From contig JAGCDO010000001.1 of assembly GCA_017651265.1 (NCBI GenBank), positions 4,442 through 68,441 of the forward strand: a stretch of DNA of 64,000 nucleotides, read 5' to 3'. This DNA is from Prevotella sp. (GTDB lineage: Bacteria > Bacteroidota > Bacteroidia > Bacteroidales > Bacteroidaceae). Below the pieces are notes generated by a model. It worked only from the letters and a program-made list of their open reading frames with translations. It did no database searches and was not told where the DNA came from. The translations under genes were made by a program, and so were the position numbers. Position 1 is the first letter of the stretch. Every line of letters starts with the position of its first letter. Below, piece after piece: positions 6,511 to 15,743 of the stretch.

Positions 6511-7362
6511 TTGTATATGAATGATTTGAAGATAAGTGTAATCATGTCGATCTATAAGAGTGATGTACCCGAATATGTGCGCATCGCTCTGGATAGTTTA
6601 CTTAACCAGACACGACTGCCGGATGAGATCGTGATTGTGGCCGACGGTCCTGTTCCTGCGAAGCTGGAACAGGAAGTTCAAAGTTCAAAGTTCTAAGTTC
6701 AAAGTTTAAAGTTACCCGTGGAGGTGACATACCTGCCGCAGGAGAAGAACGGGGGGCTGGGCGAGGCAATGAGGATTGCCGTGGAGGCAGCGAAGTATCC
6801 GTACCTGGCGCGCATGGACTCGGATGACATCTGTCTGCCCGACCGTTTCGAGAAGCAGATGAAGTGCTTCGAGGAGGATCCTGAACTGAGCATCGTGGGT
6901 GGTATGATCACGGAGTTCGATGGGGAACCGGAGAACATCATTGCAGAGCGTATCCTGCCGTTGGATGATGCAGGCATCAAGAAGATGATGCGAGGACGAT
7001 GTGCCGTGAACCATGTTACGGTAATCTTCAAGAAGGAGGATCTGCTCAGGAGCGGGAACTACCAACCGTTCTGGAAGCAGGAGGACCACTACCTATGGGC
7101 ACGAATGGTGGAGCATGGGTGTAAGTTCCGTAACATCCCTGACATTGTGGTGAACGTGCGGTCGGGTAAGGACCAGCTGGCGCGACGAGGCGGATGGCGA
7201 TTCTATAAGAGCGTGGTGCGCGTATTCTGGTACATGTATAAACATAAGCTGATTTCCTTCGGCTATTTCTTGTATATCTGCGCGGTGCGCGGCATCGTGC
7301 AGCTACTCATGCCGAACTGGCTGAGGACGTGGGTGTACATGAAGTTCCTGAGAAAGAGCTGA
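6511..7362 (+). pseudogene. Family-2 glycosyltransferase interrupted by an in-frame TAA inside a heptamer array
   Basis: ORFs 6511-6696 and 6718-7362 are in the same frame. The N part shows ISVIMSIYKSD..LDSLLNQT. The C part shows NGGLGEAMRIAVE..YLARMDSDDI (GT-A DxD). The only break is the TAA at 6694-6696. The probable true start is the ATG at 6517. Confidence 0.7.
6674..6715 (+). repeat. Six tandem heptamers (AAGTTCA family, 42 nt) inside the GT2 gene
   Basis: aagttca aagttca aagttcT aagttca aagttta aagttac. The variant third unit creates ttc-TAA. A consensus unit would read KFKVQSS with no stop. Confidence 0.85.
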
Positions 7363-7466
7363 GTTTTAGAAGAAGAACATGTTTTTAGACATAATAACAT
7401 AAGAACATAATACCAAAGAACCAAAATAGATACCACTGACTCCAGTTTGACTACAACATATAACAA

Positions 7467-7501
7467 CAACAGCAACTACAATTTACATGTAGTTGCTGTT
7501 G
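7467..7501. terminator. 14-bp perfect-stem hairpin between convergent GT2 (+) and GT4 (-) genes
   Basis: CAACAGCAACTACA (7467-7480), loop atttaca, TGTAGTTGCTGTTG (7488-7501). There is no strong U-tract on either strand. Confidence 0.45.
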
Positions 7502-7528
7502 CTATATATAGGTATTATTACCTGTAGT

Positions 7529-8620
7529 TTATCGAATGTTTACACTGCTATTAGGAATAACCTGATTAATCAGTTTCATCCATTCGTTCACAATCGTATC
7601 GATCTGGAACAACGATGCTTTCTTCCGATTCGCCTCCCCCATCTGCTTCATCAGTTCTTCATCCTGAATCAGTTTCTCCAGTGCATCAGTCATTCCTTGC
7701 TCATCACCAATATCCACGAGCAATCCATTCACACCATCCCGAATGAGTTCATCTGTGCCCGACACCTTAGTAGAAATGATGGGCAGTCCAACACATATCG
7801 CCTCAATCATTGAATTGCTCATGCCTTCGTAGTCACTCGACAAGCAGAAAATCTTTGATTTCTGCAACTCATCAATCACTTTCTCCGTCCTTCCCGGCAA
7901 TAACACTCTCTCTGTCAATTGTAAATTATCAATTGTCAATTGGAGGCTTTGCCTCCTCGGTCCTTCCCCATAGATTACCAACTTCCAATCCGGATACTTC
8001 TCAGCAATTTTGGCAAACACCCGTATCATCATCTCCTGATTCTTCTGCGGGAACAAGCGTGCCACCGATATTATCCTAGGTTTCTCGGAATTATCCATTT
8101 TCATTTTTCCATTTTCAATTGAAGAAGCAAGGGCTTCGTCTTTGACTGGATTATAAATCACGGACGTTTTCTTCTGAATTGTTTGGGGAAAGTAATCCTT
8201 GATGGTCTTTGTCTGAACCACCAACCAATCAGCATAAGGAAGTAATAACCGTTTCAGCAAATTGCGTTTCCATGTCATAGCCGATGGATCTAACCGTTCT
8301 GAAGCAATCACAGGAATCTTTGTTCCCAACAAGGCTGCGATGGTAAAACAATATACCCCCTCTGTAAAGGCAATCACCACATCTGGCTTCTCCTGTTTGA
8401 TGTACTTTCGTAACCAGAACACCTCAGTGAGACGGTTCTTAGTTTGTTGCATAGCCAATGTAACCTTAACTTCTGGATGGAGCTTATAATATACATCATT
8501 GAATTTCAGGCATATAATCTCCATCTGATAACCCTGTTCCGCCATCTTATTAGCCAGCAGAGATACCACCCGCTCAGCACCTCCGGAACCTAATGATGCT
8601 AAAGTAAAAACAATTTTCAC
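7529..8620 (-). CDS. Glycosyltransferase family 4 (GT-B)
   Basis: 363 aa. N-terminal MKIVFTLASLGSGGAERVV. C-terminal domain has FCLSSDYEGMSNSMIEAICVGLPIISTKVSGTDELI (the E-x7-E region). It contains a CAATTGA heptamer run at 7914-7941. Confidence 0.85.
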   Translation of the reverse strand: MKIVFTLASLGSGGAERVVSLLANKMAEQGYQMEIICLKFNDVYYKLHPEVKVTLAMQQTKNRLTEVFWLRKYIKQEKPDVVIAFTEGVYCFTIAALLGTKIPVIASERLDPSAMTWKRNLLKRLLLPYADWLVVQTKTIKDYFPQTIQKKTSVIYNPVKDEALASSIENGKMKMDNSEKPRIISVARLFPQKNQEMMIRVFAKIAEKYPDWKLVIYGEGPRRQSLQLTIDNLQLTERVLLPGRTEKVIDELQKSKIFCLSSDYEGMSNSMIEAICVGLPIISTKVSGTDELIRDGVNGLLVDIGDEQGMTDALEKLIQDEELMKQMGEANRKKASLFQIDTIVNEWMKLINQVIPNSSVNIR

Positions 8621-8635
8621 TTGTATAAAAGTGGC

Positions 8636-9679
8636 TTAATTAAGATTTGGTTTTTTTGCACCTAACATGACATGTGCAAGCCATGGACTCAGTCTTATTA
8701 TTTCACTCAGCAGCAAACAGAGAGAGATGATTCCTGCTGCAATAATAAGACTTACAAAAAACTCAATTACAGGATTCTCTGCCAACTGCAAGAACCTTCC
8801 CACCATATCCAAATGCCTTGGCAAAAGGAAATAATGAATCATATATATGTCCAAGGTCCTGATTCCTATCTGTTGAAAGATCCGTCCACAAAAAGTTTCT
8901 TTAGAGAAAAAAGATTGTTTTTTCCTGAAAAAAGTAAAAGAAAGAAACGTACCTGAAAGGCCTAAAACAAGGACATTGATACCATAACTGACATGAGCAA
9001 CTTCATTACGACACATGAATGTCAATAAGAAAACAGCAAGCAACACAGCAACCACGAATTGGTTATCTGTGAGACGAACGAAGATATCGAAATACTTTCT
9101 TACCATTATTCCAATCACAAAGAACAGGAAATACCACCATTGGGAAAAACTCAAGCCATTATAAAAGTATCCAAACAATCCTGAAACATCACCTACAGGT
9201 TTTAAACTTGAACAAAAGACGAGGAATGCTAGAATTGAAAGAATCACATCCAAGAGTCTGTCTTTCATTCGAATTTTCACAAGAAATCTCTGTAAGATAG
9301 CATAAAAGACAAAGAAGAAAAAGAGAACTATTGTAAACCAATATCCTGCTTTCCATTCATTCAAAATCGTATTTCGAATATTTAATTCGAAAACGTAAAT
9401 GCTCAGAAGCATGAACAAACAAGAAGGAACTATTAGCTGTTTGAACTTATCTCTACAAATGTATAGGATATCATGCCTCTCCTTCTTTTGACTGTTCCCC
9501 CTATAACAACACCATCCACTAACAAAAAAGAACAGAGGCAACATAAAGAAATTAAAGATATGATAATAGCTCTTCGATAGAACCATTCCATAACTGAACA
9601 TTCCTAAATGATACAAGACAACTAGTATCATACAGAAACCTCTTAAGGCATCAATATACTCAATACGTTGCTTTGCCAT
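8636..9679 (-). CDS. Acyltransferase family 3 (AT3) integral-membrane O-acyltransferase
   Basis: 347 aa and polytopic. N-terminal RIEYIDALRGFCMILVVLYH is the AT3 R/H motif. It is a clear paralog of 28938-29975, sharing RTLDIYMIHYF.LPRHL...NPVIEFF...RLSP.L.H. Confidence 0.85.
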   Translation of the reverse strand: MAKQRIEYIDALRGFCMILVVLYHLGMFSYGMVLSKSYYHIFNFFMLPLFFFVSGWCCYRGNSQKKERHDILYICRDKFKQLIVPSCLFMLLSIYVFELNIRNTILNEWKAGYWFTIVLFFFFVFYAILQRFLVKIRMKDRLLDVILSILAFLVFCSSLKPVGDVSGLFGYFYNGLSFSQWWYFLFFVIGIMVRKYFDIFVRLTDNQFVVAVLLAVFLLTFMCRNEVAHVSYGINVLVLGLSGTFLSFTFFRKKQSFFSKETFCGRIFQQIGIRTLDIYMIHYFLLPRHLDMVGRFLQLAENPVIEFFVSLIIAAGIISLCLLLSEIIRLSPWLAHVMLGAKKPNLN

Positions 9680-9701
9680 ATTATAGCGAGAACTATCTCA
9701 A

Positions 9702-9980
9702 CTATTTAAACAGATTTCTAACCCAGAACAAAGGCTTTGCTATCCATGGATGACGGAACACCTTCAATTCGACTACAGTCAAATCGCCATAAGTATTAAA
9801 AGTATGAATACTGAACGCCTCATTCATTGGCAAGATTCTTCTTACTTCTTTCATCTTTACGGTTTCATCTTCTTTTATAATCTGTTGGATGCTTAGTGCT
9901 TGCCCATAAGTGAAATTGTTTTCTTGAGCAACCCTATATAGCTGACCGTTGTATTCAAAGAAATAACATGATTGTGTTTT
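9702..9980 (-). pseudogene. Start-less gene remnant (about 92 codons open between stops)
   Basis: The minus-strand frame reads ..EYNGQLYRVAQENNFTYGQALSIQQI..ILPMNEAFSIHTFNTYGDLTVVELKVFRHPWIAKPLFWVRNLFK*. It is bounded upstream by TGA (9981-9983) with no plausible start. It may be the C-terminus of a lost locus gene. Confidence 0.3.
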
Positions 9981-9985
9981 TCAAT

Positions 9986-10537
9986 TTAAACACCAGGAAT
10001 TATGATGTCTTTTTTATGTTCAAACTTATCATCGGGCAATGAAAGCAACATACGCTTTTTCTTTTCACCTGTCATCCCAAATGTTCCTGTATCATATTTC
10101 TCTTTTAATCGTTTATAGAAATCTTCTGTTTTACCAATAAACTTCGCCGGATTACCTGCCACCATGCACCCATCAGGAACATTCCTAGTAACAACACTAC
10201 CCGCACCAACAATACATAGTTCTCCGATTTTCACTCCAGGCATTATCATGCAGTTCGATTCAATTGAAGTAAAACTACCAACCGATATTTTACCAAAATG
10301 ATCTAATGTTGGATCATTGTAATATACCCTCAAAGGCAACACTCCTCCATGTGTGAAAAAACTTGTATTTCGGGCTATTCTAACATTGTTACCAATAATT
10401 ATTAAATACGGTTCAGATCCATACGATGTGGAAGAATCTATGTGGCAGTTGTCTCCAACAATAACACCAATTCTTTTCGCGTAAGATTCTGGTGTCATCA
10501 ATAATTTGCAAATGAAGTTTAAAATTCTTTTAAGCAT
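9986..10537 (-). CDS. Hexapeptide-repeat (left-handed beta-helix) O-acetyltransferase
   Basis: 183 aa. Repeating [LIV]-G-x4 hexapeptides (IGVIVGDNCHIDSS..IIGNNVRIA..IGELCIVGAGSVVTRNVPDGCMVAGNPAK). Confidence 0.85.
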   Translation of the reverse strand: MLKRILNFICKLLMTPESYAKRIGVIVGDNCHIDSSTSYGSEPYLIIIGNNVRIARNTSFFTHGGVLPLRVYYNDPTLDHFGKISVGSFTSIESNCMIMPGVKIGELCIVGAGSVVTRNVPDGCMVAGNPAKFIGKTEDFYKRLKEKYDTGTFGMTGEKKKRMLLSLPDDKFEHKKDIIIPGV

Positions 10538-10612
10538 TTTAATTATAAAAAGTATGTGAGTTTATAAAAATGAGTAACTAAGTAAAAAGTATTATTAGTT
10601 CTAGCTTTTCCG

Positions 10613-11176
10613 CTAATCTTGGTTACCGACTTTATATCTTTTTCTTACGAAAGCTCCGGGATTGTCATAGTGCAACACTTTTGCTGGAACACCTGCTGCT
10701 GTTGCCTTAGATGGAATGTCCCGTGTTACCACTGCTCCGGCACCTATCGTGACATCATCACCAATGGTAACATCCTCAACAATGCATACACTCGGACCTA
10801 TCCACACATTATCACCTATCTTTGCAGCCTTACCTTTATTAGAACCAATGGTAGTAAAAGAACCAATATTACAATTATTCCCAATAACAGTAGTTTCGTT
10901 GATAATAATCCCAACGCCATGGCTCAAAAATAGCCCATATCCTATTTTTGTTCGCCAAGGAATCTCAATTCCGTATCTTCGCGACATCATCCGATGCTTA
11001 AACTCAGCTAATGGCCATAACCACCCATCTCGTTTCATGGTCAATCTCAGCCAGAACTGATAGGCAAATTTATGATTGAGAAAAGTGTATGTAAGCACTT
11101 TGAAAGCTGAACGACCTGTCCTACTATATCTAACATAATCACTTAGGATATACTCCCAACAATCTTTATATGTCAT
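10613..11176 (-). CDS. Serine-acetyltransferase-like (CysE/WcaB-type) hexapeptide acetyltransferase
   Basis: 187 aa. Helical N-domain followed by [50 protein letters not shown]. Confidence 0.8.
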   Translation of the reverse strand: MTYKDCWEYILSDYVRYSRTGRSAFKVLTYTFLNHKFAYQFWLRLTMKRDGWLWPLAEFKHRMMSRRYGIEIPWRTKIGYGLFLSHGVGIIINETTVIGNNCNIGSFTTIGSNKGKAAKIGDNVWIGPSVCIVEDVTIGDDVTIGAGAVVTRDIPSKATAAGVPAKVLHYDNPGAFVRKRYKVGNQD

Positions 11177-11188
11177 ATCATAGATCTT

Positions 11189-12265
11189 TTAACCAACCCA
11201 CATTCCTGTAATCATGTTATTCCATAAGAAATATGTCAATAGCCCACAAGTTCCAAATAGTGCAATCAATCTATAACTCTTGGGCAGATAGAAAATAAGA
11301 GAAGGTATGATGGCAAATTCCAATGTGGCAAACTGAGAACTCGTTCTACCTGACAACGCTGTAAAAGAACAGAATGTGATTAGAATCAGTGTTGAATACC
11401 AATACCCATTTCTGAAAACATAATAGTATTTATACCTTGGTGATAGTTGTTTTTCTAAAGATACATATATCAACAAAAGAATTGATTGGAAATAGATCAT
11501 CGGATTTGCTAATCCCAACGCTTTTGAAACATAGCCTCCCTGTACATAAGTGGTTGCCATGTTAAAGTCATAGGCAGTATCAGTAACAAAAATGGATATC
11601 GGTCCTTGGAAAAAAGCACCTAAGATAAAAGCAATACCCAAGCCTATATATATATGTTTACGTTTAAGCGTCAGATAGTTATGAATAAAATAAAAAGGTA
11701 TGGCTATCAAAGCACTATGATGTAACTGGTATGCAAAGAATATAACAATCAGGAAACGTAATAAGTCTTTTTTATAGATATACTGCAACCCCAAAAGAAT
11801 AATCACATAACTCAAGCCTGCGCGTATCTGAATAAGATTCCTGCCGCAAAAGAATCTTGCAATGTAACAAAATAGTCCTAATACAGGATAGAGTGAGTAT
11901 TTTCTGAGATCTTTAAACAAGAAGAACATGGTTAAACTTGATATGACTAAGAAATATACCCTCACATCTTTTGAAAATGATTTAATAATCACAGATAAAA
12001 GATGAAACCCTCGCTCATCATAACCTTTGGGAACAGATGAGAGAGTATACCCAGAAAGCGTAGGAGTAATATCATCACTTAAATAGAATTCAACGTACTT
12101 GAAAGTGTCCATCCAATAGAGACTGCGATACCCTGCTCCTATGGCTAAGATCACACACACAAAGGCTAAGACATAGACTCTCTGTTTTCCTTTTGACATA
12201 TCAACCGTTGTTGCCAAAAAGAACCCTAAGACAAACAATACTAAAAGAACTGTATTACTAATCAT
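11189..12265 (-). CDS. EpsG/Wzy-like polysaccharide polymerase (polytopic membrane protein)
   Basis: 358 aa with about 10 hydrophobic segments and no soluble domain. Its position within the GT block fits. The family call rests on overall resemblance only. Confidence 0.55.
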   Translation of the reverse strand: MISNTVLLVLFVLGFFLATTVDMSKGKQRVYVLAFVCVILAIGAGYRSLYWMDTFKYVEFYLSDDITPTLSGYTLSSVPKGYDERGFHLLSVIIKSFSKDVRVYFLVISSLTMFFLFKDLRKYSLYPVLGLFCYIARFFCGRNLIQIRAGLSYVIILLGLQYIYKKDLLRFLIVIFFAYQLHHSALIAIPFYFIHNYLTLKRKHIYIGLGIAFILGAFFQGPISIFVTDTAYDFNMATTYVQGGYVSKALGLANPMIYFQSILLLIYVSLEKQLSPRYKYYYVFRNGYWYSTLILITFCSFTALSGRTSSQFATLEFAIIPSLIFYLPKSYRLIALFGTCGLLTYFLWNNMITGMWVG

Positions 12266-13370
12266 TACTATTCCTCTTCATTTTATTCAACATTTTCTCC
12301 CATAGAGACATTACATGACCTAATGAATAAAGATGTGATCGATCAAGAGCATTCTGCTGAGCTGTTTTTCTGTATTCATCATCATTCATCATCTTCCATA
12401 GTCCTTCAGCCAGGGATTGAACATCTTGCGGGTTACATACGATACCTGTTTCCTCACCTGCTAAGATATCTCTCACCCTACCTTTGAAATCCGTTGCTAC
12501 AAGAGCACATCCCTGACTCATTGCTTCTAGTAACGACATGGGCAAGCCTTCAGAACGACTGCTAAGGCAAAAGATCTCTGATTCACGATATAGCCTTTGC
12601 ATATCTGAACAGAATCCCAAGAAATCGACATGATCCTCTACGTGGTATTCTTTACAAAGGTTACTTAAATGTAACATACCTTCCTCGGTTCCCTCACCTG
12701 CTATTTTCAATCTCCAAGAAGGATCAAAGTCTTTCTTATGCACTAACAAGCTCCATGCTTCTATCAAGATATCGAATCCTTTTACATACCAATTATAAAT
12801 CCTACCTACTGCCAAAACCTGCTTCTGCTTATTCAGGTCAGCTAATCTCCCCTCATAAGAAGGGAATGATAATGGATTCGGCATTACCACAGCATGTGCG
12901 TATTTATCGCCCCACACCTTTTTATCCTGTTCTGTTAGAACTGTAATAAAACGAAAACGATGGTCTATCCATTTTCTGGTAAACCTCAGCAAAGGTTTCA
13001 TGGGATAACCAGGAATTCTTTCAAAAGCAGAGTGTTCTGTAAGGACAACCGGAACCTTCATTCCTAACGTAGCCAAGCGTGAAAGATAGGAACAAAATGT
13101 CATTATACCAATAATCACATCAGGCTGGTTTTCTTTCACATACAAACGAAACCACCTTAGAGACGTCATCCATTTAACTATTGTACTCTTTTTTGTGGGT
13201 GCTATCGGCAGTAGTTTCACTTGGGGCCCAGGATCAAAACTAATCTTCTGATCGGTATGAGTCACTACCGTCACCTCATGTCCTCTTTCTGAAAAGCCTT
13301 TAGCAAGCATGGAGGCCACTCGTTCAGCACCTCCATTGGTAAGAGTTGGGCTAACGATAAAAATCTTCAT
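12258..13370 (-). CDS. Glycosyltransferase family 4
   Basis: 370 aa. MKIFIVSPTLTNGGAERVASML and FCLSSRSEGLPMSLLEAMSQGCALVATDF. It overlaps both neighbours by 4-8 nt, indicating translational coupling. Confidence 0.85.
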   Translation of the reverse strand: MKIFIVSPTLTNGGAERVASMLAKGFSERGHEVTVVTHTDQKISFDPGPQVKLLPIAPTKKSTIVKWMTSLRWFRLYVKENQPDVIIGIMTFCSYLSRLATLGMKVPVVLTEHSAFERIPGYPMKPLLRFTRKWIDHRFRFITVLTEQDKKVWGDKYAHAVVMPNPLSFPSYEGRLADLNKQKQVLAVGRIYNWYVKGFDILIEAWSLLVHKKDFDPSWRLKIAGEGTEEGMLHLSNLCKEYHVEDHVDFLGFCSDMQRLYRESEIFCLSSRSEGLPMSLLEAMSQGCALVATDFKGRVRDILAGEETGIVCNPQDVQSLAEGLWKMMNDDEYRKTAQQNALDRSHLYSLGHVMSLWEKMLNKMKRNSND

Positions 13371-14515
13371 TTCTTTCCTTCAATTAAATTCAAAATCCTC
13401 CGTACATAGTTCTCCCACGTATATGACTCCACCGCCTGGTGGGCTTCCAGACACATGTCATCATATTGAGATGTTGATAAAACGGAAAGGATGTCATCTG
13501 CCACGCCGCTAACGGAAAAATCCCTGTTATAACTCCCAAATGGGATGTTTTCACCAAATTCATGTACAAACTCTTGGTAGGGAGATACAACTATAGGAGT
13601 GTAGAAATACATTGCCTCGACAGTAGATGAATAAGCGGCCCATTTAGGCATGACATTCACTAAAACAGATGCCTCCATCAGCAACTTATAATAAAGCGAA
13701 CGCTCTTCTTCGATATCTTTACGTAGAAAACCGTGACAACGTACATAGTTCGGCAAGGTTTCAGCAAAGTCATTCTCTGCTATACCTATCATATCCAACT
13801 CCACATGTTGATCTGTTTCATGTATCTTGTCAACAGCTTCCAAAAGGATCCGTGCAGCCTCCATATAACTGGTTTTCCGTCCTATAAACAGCACCTTGCG
13901 CGAATTCCTCTTTCTCTCTATCAGCCCACTTGCATCCAACTTTCCATCATAAAATGAATTAATTACATTTCCACCTAAGAAGCAGACCCGTGCATCAGGT
14001 AGCTCTCGTTGTATCTTTTCTGCCTGTAATTGAAAAATGCTTACCACATAATCTGCCTTTCGAAGCGCCTCATGTTCGCGTTTGATACAACCTATGTATG
14101 GTTTTTGGGGTAGATTCTTTAATGAGATGGTAACATCTGTTGTCCAATCACTTAGTAACAGAGATGGTATATCTGAATAACGATTAGTGTGCTGATATCC
14201 AATGAAAAAGCAATAATCGGCAGTTGCCCATCGATGTACTGCTTTCTTAATTCGTCTTTCAGATAGCCAGTGACTAAGCCATGAGTATCCATAATACACA
14301 GGTTCATAATGAATTGGCTTTAGAAGGAACTTCATCGGCCTACGATAGCATTTATCCCAGAGCTTCCCGAAGAACCGATTACTTAGGTTTACCTTATGAA
14401 GTTTGATGCCCTGCCGTTCCAGCTCGCGACTAAACAGGAATGGAATGTTAGACCAAGTAGATGCATCGTCGGCAGAGCCACTTGAAAAGAAAATGATTTC
14501 TCTAATTGCTTTCAT
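13367..14515 (-). CDS. GT-B fold glycosyltransferase (divergent GT1/GT4-like)
   Basis: 382 aa. The C-terminal half shows VLFIGRKTSY...VLVNVMPKWAAYSSTVEAMYFYTPIVVSP. The N-terminus resembles that of 16993-18084. Confidence 0.6.
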   Translation of the reverse strand: MKAIREIIFFSSGSADDASTWSNIPFLFSRELERQGIKLHKVNLSNRFFGKLWDKCYRRPMKFLLKPIHYEPVYYGYSWLSHWLSERRIKKAVHRWATADYCFFIGYQHTNRYSDIPSLLLSDWTTDVTISLKNLPQKPYIGCIKREHEALRKADYVVSIFQLQAEKIQRELPDARVCFLGGNVINSFYDGKLDASGLIERKRNSRKVLFIGRKTSYMEAARILLEAVDKIHETDQHVELDMIGIAENDFAETLPNYVRCHGFLRKDIEEERSLYYKLLMEASVLVNVMPKWAAYSSTVEAMYFYTPIVVSPYQEFVHEFGENIPFGSYNRDFSVSGVADDILSVLSTSQYDDMCLEAHQAVESYTWENYVRRILNLIEGKK

Positions 14516-14516
14516 C

Positions 14517-15743
14517 CTATATCCCCATCTGCTGATAGATCTCCCGTCTGTTTTGGCTTAAAGCCTTCATGCTGTACTGTTCCTTTACCACCTTGTAAGC
14601 TTCAGCCGTGAGTCTTTGTCTGCACTCCTCTTTTTCAAGAGAAATGATACCATTTACGAACTCATCAGGATTGTCTCCAATCATACAAGCTACCCCATTA
14701 CCTAAAGGCAGTCCTTCAACACCTATAGAAGTTGTCACCACCGGAACCCCCATTGATGCAGCTTCCAGGATTTTCATTCTTATGCCGCTACCTTCAAGTA
14801 TCGGAACAATCATCGTAGTGCCAGACAATGTAGCTGCAAGATCATCAACAAAACCCATAAACTCAATACCATCATAACAGTTCTGCCATACCTTTCTTGT
14901 GCTTTCGCTCCATTTCCCAACTATCCGCAAACGATAATCGCGCTGTTTTGACTTAAGAACGGGCCAACAGTAGTCCAAAAACCATAAAAGGCCTTGAGAA
15001 TTGGGTGTGTGATACTCCGGACCAACAAAAGACAAAACATGAGAACTGTTCTCTATAACCTGACCGCCTATCCGATGTTGTTTAACAATAGCAAAAGAAG
15101 AATAAACTGGAACACGCACTCCTGCTTCTTGCAACTTCAACCTATCTATGTCCGACAACGTGATAACACCATCATAGCGATTCAACATTCCGATTTCAAG
15201 AATACGTTTCATTTCCACAGTTGCCTGATTAAAACTATTGTGGGTATTCATGGCTTTCAATTTCAACTCATTGCGTATAAACCGTAGTTCGTGATGCACG
15301 AATACCTTTTTTACGTTATCAGGGATACTGAGCACAAGAGGCAGAGATTCCATCATTTCCAGTTGCACCAGATCAATAGATTTCTCTTGTATAACTTGGT
15401 TTACAAATTCCATATAACCCGCCATCGGAAGATGGTAATCTGCCCAACACATATCCTTCCATTCTTGCATTCCGCCCAAAACCTTTGACTCCACTATACT
15501 CTCCAGCGCTTTGAACTTATGCAACCTGTTCGGGGTATAGTAATAAGGTAGTATCTCTACGTTTTCCAATAGTCGAGCCAGTTCCTGTCTCTCTTTCGGA
15601 TGATGGTCCTTTCTTCCCTCAAAGTAAACGATACTTACTCGATAATCATGGCGTACAGCCTCTATACCATTGAAGATTGCCTGGGCGCCTCCACTATCCA
15701 ACGGGTATATCAGATGAGGAAAAACAACTAAAAGATTCTTCAT
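14517..15743 (-). CDS. Glycosyltransferase family 4
   Basis: 408 aa. YPLDSGGAQAI and GSGIRMKILEAASMGVPVVTTSIGVEGL. Confidence 0.8.
   Translation of the reverse strand: MKNLLVVFPHLIYPLDSGGAQAIFNGIEAVRHDYRVSIVYFEGRKDHHPKERQELARLLENVEILPYYYTPNRLHKFKALESIVESKVLGGMQEWKDMCWADYHLPMAGYMEFVNQVIQEKSIDLVQLEMMESLPLVLSIPDNVKKVFVHHELRFIRNELKLKAMNTHNSFNQATVEMKRILEIGMLNRYDGVITLSDIDRLKLQEAGVRVPVYSSFAIVKQHRIGGQVIENSSHVLSFVGPEYHTPNSQGLLWFLDYCWPVLKSKQRDYRLRIVGKWSESTRKVWQNCYDGIEFMGFVDDLAATLSGTTMIVPILEGSGIRMKILEAASMGVPVVTTSIGVEGLPLGNGVACMIGDNPDEFVNGIISLEKEECRQRLTAEAYKVVKEQYSMKALSQNRREIYQQMGI

Noticed and set aside
7914-7941. CAATTGA heptamer run inside the GT4 gene considered as a clear inserted element.
   Set aside because: Only four imperfect units (28 nt, not a multiple of 3) are present. 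The encoded LQLTIDNLQLTERV sits where GT4 proteins normally have a similar linker, so I cannot tell an insertion from native sequence. It is mentioned only as a possible member of the family.
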